DNA of 64,000 bases from Planctomycetota bacterium (GTDB lineage: Bacteria > Planctomycetota > B15-G4): NCBI GenBank assembly GCA_965248575.1, contig CBDFJQ010000002.1:704001-768000 (forward strand), read 5' to 3'. Positions 25,914-35,411 of the stretch are shown piece by piece. Both the position numbers and the translations under genes were made by a program. The notes under the pieces were generated by a model. The model had not been told where the DNA came from. It saw nothing but the letters and a program-made list of their open reading frames with translations, and did not search any database. Numbering within the stretch: position 1 is the stretch's first letter; every line of letters starts with the position of its first letter.

Positions 25914-28900
25914 TGGCCCGCGCTCGTCCTCAAGAGGGTCTGGCACTCATCACGGTCGTGATCGTGTTGGCTGCCTTGACGCTCATTGCCACGCCCTTCG
26001 CCTTGTCCATGCGCAGCTTGGAGTCGGGCGCTCTCTTGCAGCAGCGCCATCTGGACAGCGAGGCCGCCCTGGAGCAGGCCTTGGATGCAGCGCGCCGGCA
26101 CCTGGCACAGACGCACCCGGCCTGGGACGTCGACAGCCCGCACGCCGATGACATGGCCGAGCTGTCGGGCGCTGGGGCGGCGCGCCGTTTCCCAGAGGCG
26201 CTGCCCAAGGACCCCCATGGCTCCCTGCGCTCAGTCACCATCCAGGACGAATCGGGGAAGGTCTCGCTCAACACGGCGAGCGCCGCCCTGCTCGGCAACT
26301 TGCTTGGGGGCCGGACCTGGCTCGACGGCGCGGTGGACGAGTTCGCGACGCAGCTGGGACTCAACTCGGTGGAAGGCTTCCCCGAGCCAGGCTTCGCGTG
26401 GGTCGGCGGTGAGCAAGTGTCCTACACGAATCGGAGCGAGCGCGGCTTGGAGCAGGTCCAGCGCGCTGCAGCCTCAGCGAATCTCGAACGGGGGACGGCG
26501 CGGGCGCACGATGCGGGTACGGAGGTCCTGGATGGGCGCTTGATGTTGCTCGTGCAGCGGGCCTGGCACGCCCGCGAGGGGGTCTGGCAGCCCGCGGCGC
26601 GCGTGGACGCCCTGCGGGACATCGCACGCTTTTCGGAGCTGAGCTACAGCGCCGAGGAATTGGAGCGGGTGCGCTCCCGGCTCAGCGTGCACGCCGGGCC
26701 CATCCGCTGGGAGCAGCCGCAGCGGGTGCTGGGTGTGGAGCAGGGACGCTGGGGGCGCAGCGAACTGGTGGTTCGGGATGGCCTGCACCTGGGGCCGGGC
26801 TCGGTGCTGCAACTGGAGTGGGAGGACGGAGGTTTGTCCTGGAACCTCGTGCTGTCAGCCGTGCGCTGGGGGTCGGCCTGGCGCCTCGGGCTGCTGGAAA
26901 ACCTGACCGGTTCGTTCAGCGGTTCGGGCTCGGCGCAGGCATTCGTCTCCTCGGCGACGCGTCATGGGGGCAGCGTGCTCGCGCTCTCGGTCTTGCAACG
27001 CCAGCCCGTGAATCTCGGCAGCGCCTCACAGCAAGTACTCGCGGCGCTCTTCGCGGGTGTGGGCACAGCCTCGGTGACCGATGTGATCACTGAGGAGGAG
27101 GCCGCCGAGCTGGCTGTCTTCCTGCTCCAACAGGGCGTGGAGCCGGATTCAGCGGAGTTCCAGCGCGCCGCGGAGCGGGAGCTGGATACAGGGCGATTCA
27201 GCGCCGCCGATGTGGATGTCGCCACGCGAGCCTGGTCGCAAGACGGCTTCCGCGTCGGGCAGTTGACCGCGCTGGAGGCGGCAGGTCGGGTGCTGGGTCT
27301 GGAGAGCCTCCGGCCGCTGAGGCGTGTCAGCCAACTCGCGGCGCAACGACTGGCACAGCGGGTGCTGAATCGCCGGCCCCAGAGCCACGAGGACTTCGCC
27401 GAACTCACGCGGCAGGCGGTCGAAGCCGGCGAGCTGGACGAGAGCCAGCGCGTCGCACTCCTGCGCAACGCCCTGGATGCCGGGGACGCGCGCATCGAGG
27501 GCGGCACGGCGCCCTTCACCTATGCGAGCGCCGGGGTGTTCCAGGTCTCGGCGGCGGCAAGCGAGAACCTGCCCAACGGACGGGAACGCAGCCGGAGCTA
27601 CGCCCAGCAAGTGCTCTCCGTCGCTCCCCCTGGGGATACGGCTCGGCTCTTTGCGAGCCAACAGGACTTCGAACTGTCCATGGATTTTGGGTGGGGCTGG
27701 GCGAGTCGTCCGTCCTTGATGGCCCAGGGCACGCCTGCGGATGCCGGGGAACCCGCCGGAGTCCGTCCTGGGCGCGACGGCGTGCTCATCGCTGGGGCGG
27801 CCGGCCCCTCGCTGGTGCAGTCGGAGTCCTTTGTCGCTCCGGCCACCGTACGCAGCGCGCTCCTGGACACACACCACTTTGATGAGGGCGAGCTGGGCCG
27901 CACCGGACACTCGCCCGAGGGCTTCGATCTCGCTCAGGGCCCCTTGCGCTGGCCAGTGGTCGACGTGAAGGCCCCCTTGCTGGGTACTCGCAGCGACTTG
28001 CTGCAGCCCTTTGGCGTCGAGTTCTGGTTCCAGATGGAAGACGTCGAGGCGGAGGCCATGCTCTTCGACGCGGGTGTGGATGTGCTCGAGAACCGGGTCT
28101 GGATCATGCTGCGCGAGGGCGTCTTGAGCCTGCGGGTCAGTGATGGGGGAATCACGGATTTCGAAGCGCAGATGGAAGAGGGGCAGCCGCCTCCGGCCGG
28201 TGAGATCCGGTATGCCTTCGACGATGGCCTCGAGCTCCTGCCGGATGTTCCCTATCACGTCGCCGCGCTGGTGGGAGGGTCGCACGACAATCGCCTGGCG
28301 CTCTTCGTCGATGGGGTCCCGCGTGGGCGCCGCGTCTTCACCACCCACCTGACCGAGGGCATGGCTTCGGTGGGGGCCCTACCAGCGACCGGGACCTCCA
28401 CGGCGCGCTCAGAGCGCATCGCGGTGGAGTCCACGGCGGGCTTTCCCGCCCGAGGCGTGCTGCGCGTTGGTTGGGAGCTGTTGGAGTACGCGGACAAGAC
28501 CGAGGACAGCTTCATCCTGAAACCGGACAGCTCCCGGGACCCATTCGGCGGGCGCTCCCGACGCGGCACGGTGGGCGGCGAGCACGAGCTCGGAGAGACG
28601 GTGGAACTCATGGGCTACAGCCGCACGCTGGGGGCGACGGTGGCCCCGCAGGGGGATGGCACCCTCGCTAGCCGCATGGCGGAGTGGGCCGTGGCGGAGC
28701 TGGACCCCAACGGCTTGAGCGAGAGCATCGAGGCGGGCGTCACGGTGACCGCTTCCGTTGGGGATGCCACCGAGACGCTCCCCATCGAGCTGGGGACCGG
28801 CCTCCTTTTTGACGCCACGAGCATCCCTGTGCGCAGCATCCAAGGCGGGTCGCTGGACGGTGTCTTCCAGGCCACCGGCGGCCACGCGCTGCTGTTCTGC

Positions 28901-31102
28901 GACTACGGCAACACCGAGCTGGCGGGGCAGGACTACCCCATCCTCGGCACCCTCGTGACACCGACCTTGCCAGGCACCGTCCTGGACAACGGCAACTTCG
29001 GCAACGGGTCATGGCTGGGGGGTGGCGAAGTCGTGATGTACGACTCCTTCAACGGGAGCGCATTGCTCAACTGTCGGCGCGCCCGGGAGGGGATCCCCGT
29101 CGGTGTGCCCAGCAGCTTCGTCAGCCCGCTGGATGGGCAGACCAGCCCGGCCTACGTGAACCTCACCGAGCAGCGCTGGGATGACGACCGCGCCTTTGTG
29201 ACCACTTTTGATTCCTCCCTGCGCGGCGTCTTGCCCAGCCTGCCGGAGGAGGCGCGGGTGCTCGTGATCCCGCTCTCCGTCGACGTCGAGGGCGGCAACC
29301 TCGCGGATCAGTTCCACCCCTTTCCAGAAGGCCCGCCGGCGGGCATTTCGCCCCTGGTGCAGCTGGGTCTCGACTTTCCGGACCCAGATGGCGGAACCGA
29401 ATGGGTGCGTTGGACCACACCCACGGCGGACTTCCTGGTGCGGGACGACCTCCAGGCCGTGGAGGACATGCTGAGCACGGTGACGGGCACGAGCACCTGG
29501 GTGATGGACACCCCCCTCGACCAGGCCTTCGTGGACGGGCTCAACGAACGGCTCCGCTTCCGTGCACAAGGCGGGACCGAGGACAGCGTGCACGAGCCCG
29601 TTGTCGGAGTGCTGCCTGTGCATGTGTTCGGGGCGTGGGGCGTGGAGCAGTTCGAACCCCTGCTGGGGATTCCCGGACGCCACGACGGCGTGACCCTGAT
29701 GGGGGACGACGAGGAGAAGGAATGGCACACCGTCAACCACGCCGTGACCAACGACGTCGAGTGGGGTGCGGGTGCGGCGTTGGTGGCGTTCCGCGAGGCC
29801 GTGGTCGGGGACTTCGGGCGCACGCCCCAGACCACCGACAGCGGTGAAGCGGACGCCTCGGTTGTGGACGATCGAGATCTCGAGCGCAGCCTGAAGGCCG
29901 AGGGCGCAGGGGCGCGCCTCGTGGCAGAGATGTCCCTCTCGTCACGCGCGGCGGTCCGGTCCGCCATCCGTCATCTGAATGTGGATTCGCGCCGGCTCAC
30001 ACGGATCGTGAAGGCGCCATCGGGTGAGCTGCCTGATGCCCTGATCGAACAGCTGCACTTCGGCGAGCATGCGCCAGCGGGGCTCGCAGGCCGGGCGCTG
30101 GCACAAGGTGTCCGGCTCGATGAACTGAGGGTCTGGGCGCAGAGTGCTGCGAGTGAGCTCGTGCCTCCCATCGCCCGCTACCGCCTCGCGGATGACCTGG
30201 ACTACGAGCAGGACGCCGTGGCCGCCCTGTCCGTGCAGTCCCTGCTCTATCCCCACACCCGCATCCGGGATGATCGTCTGGGCGAGGACAAGCTCGAGGT
30301 CCTGTCCGAGCTCCCCTCCACGGGCGGACTGCTGCTCGTGGACGAGGAGATCATCGGCTATGCCGGGCTCGATCCGGTGCAGACCGGTGCCGTGTTCCTG
30401 ACGGCTCGCGGGCTCTATGGAACCCGGCGCGCCAAACACGTGGCCGGCGTCGCGGTGACACCGCTCGACTTCTGGCCTGTGGCGCCGCTCACCGAGCGTG
30501 CAGACGCCGACAGCCCGTGGTTGTCCGTGGCGGAACCGAGCGTCTTCCCCGAGGCAGGGGGGCTGGTCTGGGTCGACGATGAACTGCTGGAGTATGAGCG
30601 CGTGACGGCCGAGGGGCTGGCGGTGGACCGCGGTCGTTTCGGCACGACCCCCAGCACCCATGCGGCGGGCTCCTTGGTGAGGTGGATGCCCGCGCGGGTG
30701 TCCGACAGAAGCCTGGATGAGGTGCAGGCCCTGGAGCTTCCGGTGCATGCTCCGGGCGCCTTCTTTACGGACCTGGCTGTGCGGGCCCAGATACCGAACG
30801 AGCTCGTGGCCCTCGACGGAAGGGTGGTCATCGACGGTCACGCGAGTCGCCTCGACGAGCCAACCCAATCGCCGGATCTTTTTGAATTGCCCGCGGCCGA
30901 ACCAGGTCTCGACCTGCGTCAGGTGGCCTTGGGGCGGCAGGGAGACCTGCTTCAGCTCTGGCTCTCCGCGCGCTGGTTGCCCGGCGCCTTCGACGGGCGA
31001 GACTTTGCAAGCAACGCCTGGAAGCTGGGGCCACGTCTCGACGAGGTGGTGGTGAAGCACATCCAACCCACCCAGGTGTACGAGCACGAGCAATGGCGAT
31101 GA
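25910..31102 (+). CDS. Giant (1730 aa) GspK/PilX-type minor pseudopilin with LamG-like and repeated beta modules
   Basis: G|LALITVVIVL lacking E5 (K-type), IQDESGKVSLN (GspK-like), PVNLGSASQQVLAALF, LamG-like VEFWF...YHVAA...LFVDG and repeated RGxxGT..H..G..V modules. Confidence 0.82.
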   Translation: MMARARPQEGLALITVVIVLAALTLIATPFALSMRSLESGALLQQRHLDSEAALEQALDAARRHLAQTHPAWDVDSPHADDMAELSGAGAARRFPEALPKDPHGSLRSVTIQDESGKVSLNTASAALLGNLLGGRTWLDGAVDEFATQLGLNSVEGFPEPGFAWVGGEQVSYTNRSERGLEQVQRAAASANLERGTARAHDAGTEVLDGRLMLLVQRAWHAREGVWQPAARVDALRDIARFSELSYSAEELERVRSRLSVHAGPIRWEQPQRVLGVEQGRWGRSELVVRDGLHLGPGSVLQLEWEDGGLSWNLVLSAVRWGSAWRLGLLENLTGSFSGSGSAQAFVSSATRHGGSVLALSVLQRQPVNLGSASQQVLAALFAGVGTASVTDVITEEEAAELAVFLLQQGVEPDSAEFQRAAERELDTGRFSAADVDVATRAWSQDGFRVGQLTALEAAGRVLGLESLRPLRRVSQLAAQRLAQRVLNRRPQSHEDFAELTRQAVEAGELDESQRVALLRNALDAGDARIEGGTAPFTYASAGVFQVSAAASENLPNGRERSRSYAQQVLSVAPPGDTARLFASQQDFELSMDFGWGWASRPSLMAQGTPADAGEPAGVRPGRDGVLIAGAAGPSLVQSESFVAPATVRSALLDTHHFDEGELGRTGHSPEGFDLAQGPLRWPVVDVKAPLLGTRSDLLQPFGVEFWFQMEDVEAEAMLFDAGVDVLENRVWIMLREGVLSLRVSDGGITDFEAQMEEGQPPPAGEIRYAFDDGLELLPDVPYHVAALVGGSHDNRLALFVDGVPRGRRVFTTHLTEGMASVGALPATGTSTARSERIAVESTAGFPARGVLRVGWELLEYADKTEDSFILKPDSSRDPFGGRSRRGTVGGEHELGETVELMGYSRTLGATVAPQGDGTLASRMAEWAVAELDPNGLSESIEAGVTVTASVGDATETLPIELGTGLLFDATSIPVRSIQGGSLDGVFQATGGHALLFCDYGNTELAGQDYPILGTLVTPTLPGTVLDNGNFGNGSWLGGGEVVMYDSFNGSALLNCRRAREGIPVGVPSSFVSPLDGQTSPAYVNLTEQRWDDDRAFVTTFDSSLRGVLPSLPEEARVLVIPLSVDVEGGNLADQFHPFPEGPPAGISPLVQLGLDFPDPDGGTEWVRWTTPTADFLVRDDLQAVEDMLSTVTGTSTWVMDTPLDQAFVDGLNERLRFRAQGGTEDSVHEPVVGVLPVHVFGAWGVEQFEPLLGIPGRHDGVTLMGDDEEKEWHTVNHAVTNDVEWGAGAALVAFREAVVGDFGRTPQTTDSGEADASVVDDRDLERSLKAEGAGARLVAEMSLSSRAAVRSAIRHLNVDSRRLTRIVKAPSGELPDALIEQLHFGEHAPAGLAGRALAQGVRLDELRVWAQSAASELVPPIARYRLADDLDYEQDAVAALSVQSLLYPHTRIRDDRLGEDKLEVLSELPSTGGLLLVDEEIIGYAGLDPVQTGAVFLTARGLYGTRRAKHVAGVAVTPLDFWPVAPLTERADADSPWLSVAEPSVFPEAGGLVWVDDELLEYERVTAEGLAVDRGRFGTTPSTHAAGSLVRWMPARVSDRSLDEVQALELPVHAPGAFFTDLAVRAQIPNELVALDGRVVIDGHASRLDEPTQSPDLFELPAAEPGLDLRQVALGRQGDLLQLWLSARWLPGAFDGRDFASNAWKLGPRLDEVVVKHIQPTQVYEHEQWR

Positions 31103-32286
31103 ACTCAAGAGCAGATCCCAGGTCAGTTTCCAGGTCAAAGCGAGGGTTCACCCTCGTGGAGGTCCTGGCCGCCACGGCCCTCTTCGCCGTGCTGGGGCTC
31201 ATGCTCTTTCAACTGGTCCAAGGAGCACTGGAGATCCAGGGGCGTGGTGAACGGCTGGCCGAGATGGAGGAGCGGGCCGACGCCGTCCTGGACCTGATGG
31301 CCACGGACCTCGCCCACGTGTGGTCGGGTCGCCGAGACAGTGCCGAGCAGGACGCGCGTTTCCTGTGCGGTGTGCGCAGCGCCAGCAGGGGGCTTCCCGG
31401 GGCTGACGGGGGCAAAGCGGGATCAGCTGCTCGGCCTGAGGGCGCGGTTCAGGCGACTGTCTTGCGTTTCTCCCGGCTGCTGCACGAGGCGCGTTCCCTG
31501 GAGTGGTTGCGTCAGGCGGGAGACCGACCGGCGGCCGAAGGAGTGGCGACGCTGCTCACCCAGCAGGACCCCATGACACTGGCGCCCACGGGCGGCTTGG
31601 CGGAGTCGCTGTACACCACGACTCAGCTGCAGGGTGACGTTCTCCCCAGCCTCGTGAGACGAGTCCGATCGCCGCTCGGAGGGGAGCAGTCCCTGCTCCG
31701 GCCGGCGCTCCCGGAGCAAGAAGATCGACTGCTGAAGGACCACCTCCCGTTGACGTCGGGGGTGCTGTATTTCGGTGTCCACTGCTGGGCGCCCGACACC
31801 CAAGCCTGGGATGCAGGCGAGCAGGGAGCTGCCGGCCCGACGATTGCCTTGACCCACTGGGACTCGACCCGCGCGCTGATTCCTGCGGGGCACCCGTCCT
31901 TCCCCTACGGTGTCGGCCCCCAGTCTCTCTGGGATGCGCGCGACGACGTCTTTCCGCGCCAGGTGCGCCTGAGTCTCGTGCTCGAGCCCTTCGTGGCCGG
32001 GGTGGATGAAGGGGCCGGGCGACTCGCCGAGCCCCTCACCGAAGAGGCCACGCGGATTGTGTTGCGGTCGCCTGTGCTTTCGGGAGATGACCGTACTCCG
32101 GACGCCGTCTGGGTGGACGGGGAGTGGATGAGCGTCCTGGCTCAGGACGGCCGCGTGTGGACGGTGAAGCGCGGCCTGCGAGGAACCCTGCCGGCTGCCC
32201 ATGCCGGGGGCGCTGTGGTCCGCGTCGGGAAACTCTTCCAGCGCACGCTGCGGCTGCCTGTGCATCGGGAGGACTTCGACGGATGA
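31099..32286 (+). CDS. Minor pseudopilin (J/PilW-like)
   Basis: G|FTLVEVLAA, DLMATDL, FPRQVRLSLVL and a C-terminal RGLRGT...H module. ATG 31099 overlaps the upstream TGA (31093 is an alternative). Confidence 0.8.
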   Translation: MNSRADPRSVSRSKRGFTLVEVLAATALFAVLGLMLFQLVQGALEIQGRGERLAEMEERADAVLDLMATDLAHVWSGRRDSAEQDARFLCGVRSASRGLPGADGGKAGSAARPEGAVQATVLRFSRLLHEARSLEWLRQAGDRPAAEGVATLLTQQDPMTLAPTGGLAESLYTTTQLQGDVLPSLVRRVRSPLGGEQSLLRPALPEQEDRLLKDHLPLTSGVLYFGVHCWAPDTQAWDAGEQGAAGPTIALTHWDSTRALIPAGHPSFPYGVGPQSLWDARDDVFPRQVRLSLVLEPFVAGVDEGAGRLAEPLTEEATRIVLRSPVLSGDDRTPDAVWVDGEWMSVLAQDGRVWTVKRGLRGTLPAAHAGGAVVRVGKLFQRTLRLPVHREDFDG

Positions 32287-32795
32287 TCAGGGCCCGCTCC
32301 AAGTCGCAACAGGGGTTCACCCTGGTGGAGATCCTGCTGGCGATGCTGGTGTTCCTGACAGGCGTGGCAGGGCTCTATGCCTTGCTGGGCACCGGGCTGA
32401 GCATGCAGAAGGACAGTCTCGAACTCTCGCTGCTCGCGGGCCGGCGCACGGCCGTTCGGCAGCTCCTGGAGCAACAGGTGCAGCAACGCTTCCTGGCTGA
32501 TCCACGGGCTCTCGCCCGGAACGGCGAGCAAGAGGCCAAGTTGGAAGACCTGTTGGAGGCCCAGTTGCCCGACGGGAGCTTCTATCGGGTGAATTTCGTG
32601 GCAGGTTCGGTGGATCCAGAGGCGACTCTGCTGAAGGCCGAGGTGCGCATCAGCGGCACACGCGTGGGCTTGGAGCGCGCGTTGCCCTGGACCCTCTTCC
32701 TGGACAAGGGGCCGAACATGGCCTCAGCCATCGCCGTGTGGCGAGCCCGCGTCATGCAGACGCGCACGTTGGATACGATCGAGGAGATGCCATGA
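32283..32795 (+). CDS. Minor pseudopilin (I/PilV-like)
   Basis: G|FTLVEILLAMLVFLTGVAGL; ATG 32283 overlaps the upstream stop. Confidence 0.8.
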   Translation: MIRARSKSQQGFTLVEILLAMLVFLTGVAGLYALLGTGLSMQKDSLELSLLAGRRTAVRQLLEQQVQQRFLADPRALARNGEQEAKLEDLLEAQLPDGSFYRVNFVAGSVDPEATLLKAEVRISGTRVGLERALPWTLFLDKGPNMASAIAVWRARVMQTRTLDTIEEMP

Positions 32796-34315
32796 AGACC
32801 GGACGAGTCGCGAAGGCCCTGAAGCTCTGGGGAAGCTTGGTCGTGTGCTGCGTCGCGCTCGTCGATGCGGTTGCAGCCGCGGTCATTTTGACCGAGGGAG
32901 AGATCCTGACCCTCCGCGATGGGCGGCTCGTGCATGGGACCATCACCGACTTCGACGAAGCTTCGGGGATTACGCTGGAGCGGGCTGACACGGGCGGGCT
33001 CATCCGCTTGAAGTGGGAGCACCTGCAATCCAGTGAGGTGAAGCGCATCAAGGCGGCGCGGGGGTTCACGGGCGAAGCTCCCGAGGCCTTCCTTGTGGAT
33101 GTGGTGCATCTCGTCCTCAAGAACGGCACGACGGAGTCGGGGCTGCGAGTCGACGAGGAACGGGAAGACTTCTACACCCTCCGGCGCCGGAGCGGCACCG
33201 ACAGCTTTCCCAAACACTACGTGCAGAGCGTGGAACCCGGCCGCATGAACGGCCTGGAGATCTACGCCCCGAACGAGCTCTATCAGGTCCTTCAAGCGGC
33301 ACGCGGCCTTCCCCTCGATGCGCTGAGTCACTTCAACATGGCGGTGGCGTGCGAGGGGGCAGGGCTCTACGACCGCGCTGGCGAGCACTATGCAGAAGTG
33401 GTGCGGCTCGACGCCGGCTTCAAGCCGGAGCTGCTGGTCGCGCGCCTCGATCGCATCGCCGTGAAGATCGAAGATGCTGCAGAAACCCTGATCCTGGACG
33501 ACATCCGCAAGCTGCTCTACAGGCGCAAGTTCGGCGTTGCGGCGGATTCCGCTCGCGGCTTCATGCTGGAGTACCCGGAGTCCAGGCAGCTTGGAGATGC
33601 CACCGCGCTGGCTGCCGAGATTCAGCGTCGCAAGCAGGAGCACCACGCGCGCGGCATGATCTCCGACTACTACTCGCTGCTGGAAGATCGCGTGCAGGGG
33701 CTCGCCCGGGACAAGGAATTGGGGCTGGATGTGGCCCGCGAGACCCTGGAAGACTTCCTGCACCGGGAGGTCTTGAGCGAGCTGGGCAGCTCCTATGAGT
33801 TGGTAGAGGAGACCGTGCTTGGCCTGTGGGCCGAACGCTCGGGGGGAAGCATGCGCAGCCACTCCTACGGCACAGGCACCTTCATCCTGGGCAAGCAGAA
33901 GGCGCTCGACTTTGGTCGGACGGACGACGAGGACAGGCAGGCGGCGGAGCCAGGGGATGAGCTGGATGCCGAGGAGGAGTTCGCTGATCTGGTGGAACAG
34001 GTCAAGAAGCAACGCGCCCGAAAAGCCGCCCGGCGGCAGAGTGCAGGCTCCACGGGCCTAAACCTGGATGACGAGGGCCCGACGGCAGAGCAGTGGTGGG
34101 AGCGTGCCGAGTCGGACGATCGTTACCGCTGGCTGATGGCCTACTTCGCTGAGTTTGCGGAGGCCGTGCGAGTGGTCGAGACACGGGGGCGTCCGTGTCG
34201 GCTTTGCGACAGCGACGGTTTCCTGGAGGGGCTGAACCAGGATCGCGAGCCGGTGCGCACCACCTGCCCGTCCTGCAAGGGCCTCAAGTTTGAGCGATTG
34301 GTTCGCTACCGTTGA
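32792..34315 (+). CDS. Exported hypothetical protein with helical core and C-terminal CxxC...CxxC motif
   Basis: Signal-like N-terminus, two L(R/K)(D/N)G....G beta motifs, TPR-like helices and CRLCDSDG...CPSCKG. Confidence 0.72.
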   Translation: MKTGRVAKALKLWGSLVVCCVALVDAVAAAVILTEGEILTLRDGRLVHGTITDFDEASGITLERADTGGLIRLKWEHLQSSEVKRIKAARGFTGEAPEAFLVDVVHLVLKNGTTESGLRVDEEREDFYTLRRRSGTDSFPKHYVQSVEPGRMNGLEIYAPNELYQVLQAARGLPLDALSHFNMAVACEGAGLYDRAGEHYAEVVRLDAGFKPELLVARLDRIAVKIEDAAETLILDDIRKLLYRRKFGVAADSARGFMLEYPESRQLGDATALAAEIQRRKQEHHARGMISDYYSLLEDRVQGLARDKELGLDVARETLEDFLHREVLSELGSSYELVEETVLGLWAERSGGSMRSHSYGTGTFILGKQKALDFGRTDDEDRQAAEPGDELDAEEEFADLVEQVKKQRARKAARRQSAGSTGLNLDDEGPTAEQWWERAESDDRYRWLMAYFAEFAEAVRVVETRGRPCRLCDSDGFLEGLNQDREPVRTTCPSCKGLKFERLVRYR

Positions 34316-35328
34316 GGCCCATGAAGATCCCCGTGAAAAGCCCAGTGAAGGATCGGTTGGGCGTCGTCCTGCTCGTGCTGCTGTTCGCGTCCGGTTGGAT
34401 TCCCTCGGCCGCGGCCTTGCAGGAGAGCCCGGGCTCCGCCCTTCCCGCGGTCGATGAGGGCCTGCCGCTCGCGCAGCTCCCCGCTGGGAGACAGGCGGCG
34501 GCGACACTCCTGCGCAGGCCTGCGTCTCGCGATTTCGTGGTGCGTGAGGTGGGCGACATCCAGATCATGGCCAGCGATGTGTTCAGCATGCTGGATCTGG
34601 CAGCCCCCGATCTCTCGGGGGAGGTGCTCGCCAACATGGTGCTGACCACCGTCACGGAGCTGGAGGCCGTGCGCGAGGGGATCGACGTGCCGGAGCAGGA
34701 GCTCACGGACCGAGTGGAGCAAGCTCTCGCTCAACAGGCTGCCAGCTTTGCACTGGAAGGGAACTCCTCCATGCCCTTGGAGGAGTATCTGGCTCAGGTC
34801 CATGGCATGACGGGCCCTGACTATCGGGAGCACGTCCGCCGCGGGGTGCTCTCGGAGATGCTCCTGGCCCGGGTCTCGCGACTCCAGCAGCTGCGGGAGA
34901 CTCGGGACCAGCTGCAGATCCTGCTCGTGGATGATGAGACCCTGGCGCTGGAGATCGAGGAACTCCTGAACGAAGGCGCCAGCTTTTCCGTGCTGGCCAA
35001 GCAGCATTCGGTCCACGGTTCGAGCGCCCAGGGGGGGCTGATGCCGCCCATCTCCCTGGAAGTGACAGCGCCCATGCTGGACGGGCGGGAGGGGCTCGAG
35101 GTCGGAGGAATCCTGGGCCCAGCGCCCATCACCCTGGGCGACCAGGACTTCTACCGCTTCCTACGCCTGGTGGAACGCCGGGCGCCAGTCGAGGGCACCT
35201 GGACGGAGCTGCGTGGGCTGGTGGAGGGCGACCTGGAGCAGAATCCGATGAATCCTGATGAGGTGGCCATCTTTGAAGCGCGGATGCTGGCTCGATATCG
35301 TGTGGTCCGCCCGCCCAAGACTCCGTAG
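34312..35328 (+). CDS. Parvulin/SurA-like peptidyl-prolyl isomerase (foldase)
   Basis: Signal peptide, SurA-N-like helices and GASFSVLAKQHSVHGSSAQGG rotamase motif. Confidence 0.78.
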   Translation: MRPMKIPVKSPVKDRLGVVLLVLLFASGWIPSAAALQESPGSALPAVDEGLPLAQLPAGRQAAATLLRRPASRDFVVREVGDIQIMASDVFSMLDLAAPDLSGEVLANMVLTTVTELEAVREGIDVPEQELTDRVEQALAQQAASFALEGNSSMPLEEYLAQVHGMTGPDYREHVRRGVLSEMLLARVSRLQQLRETRDQLQILLVDDETLALEIEELLNEGASFSVLAKQHSVHGSSAQGGLMPPISLEVTAPMLDGREGLEVGGILGPAPITLGDQDFYRFLRLVERRAPVEGTWTELRGLVEGDLEQNPMNPDEVAIFEARMLARYRVVRPPKTP

Positions 35329-35411
35329 CGAATCCAGGTCTTCACGCACGACGCTGCACGCCACGGATCCACTCGTTCTTTCAGCACATCCCCGCAGATC
35401 ACCGAGACACC

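Noticed and set aside
17169..35328. Prophage or genomic island explanation for the pilin cluster
   Set aside because: No integrase, capsid, terminase or flanking direct repeats, and composition looks like the surrounding core genes.
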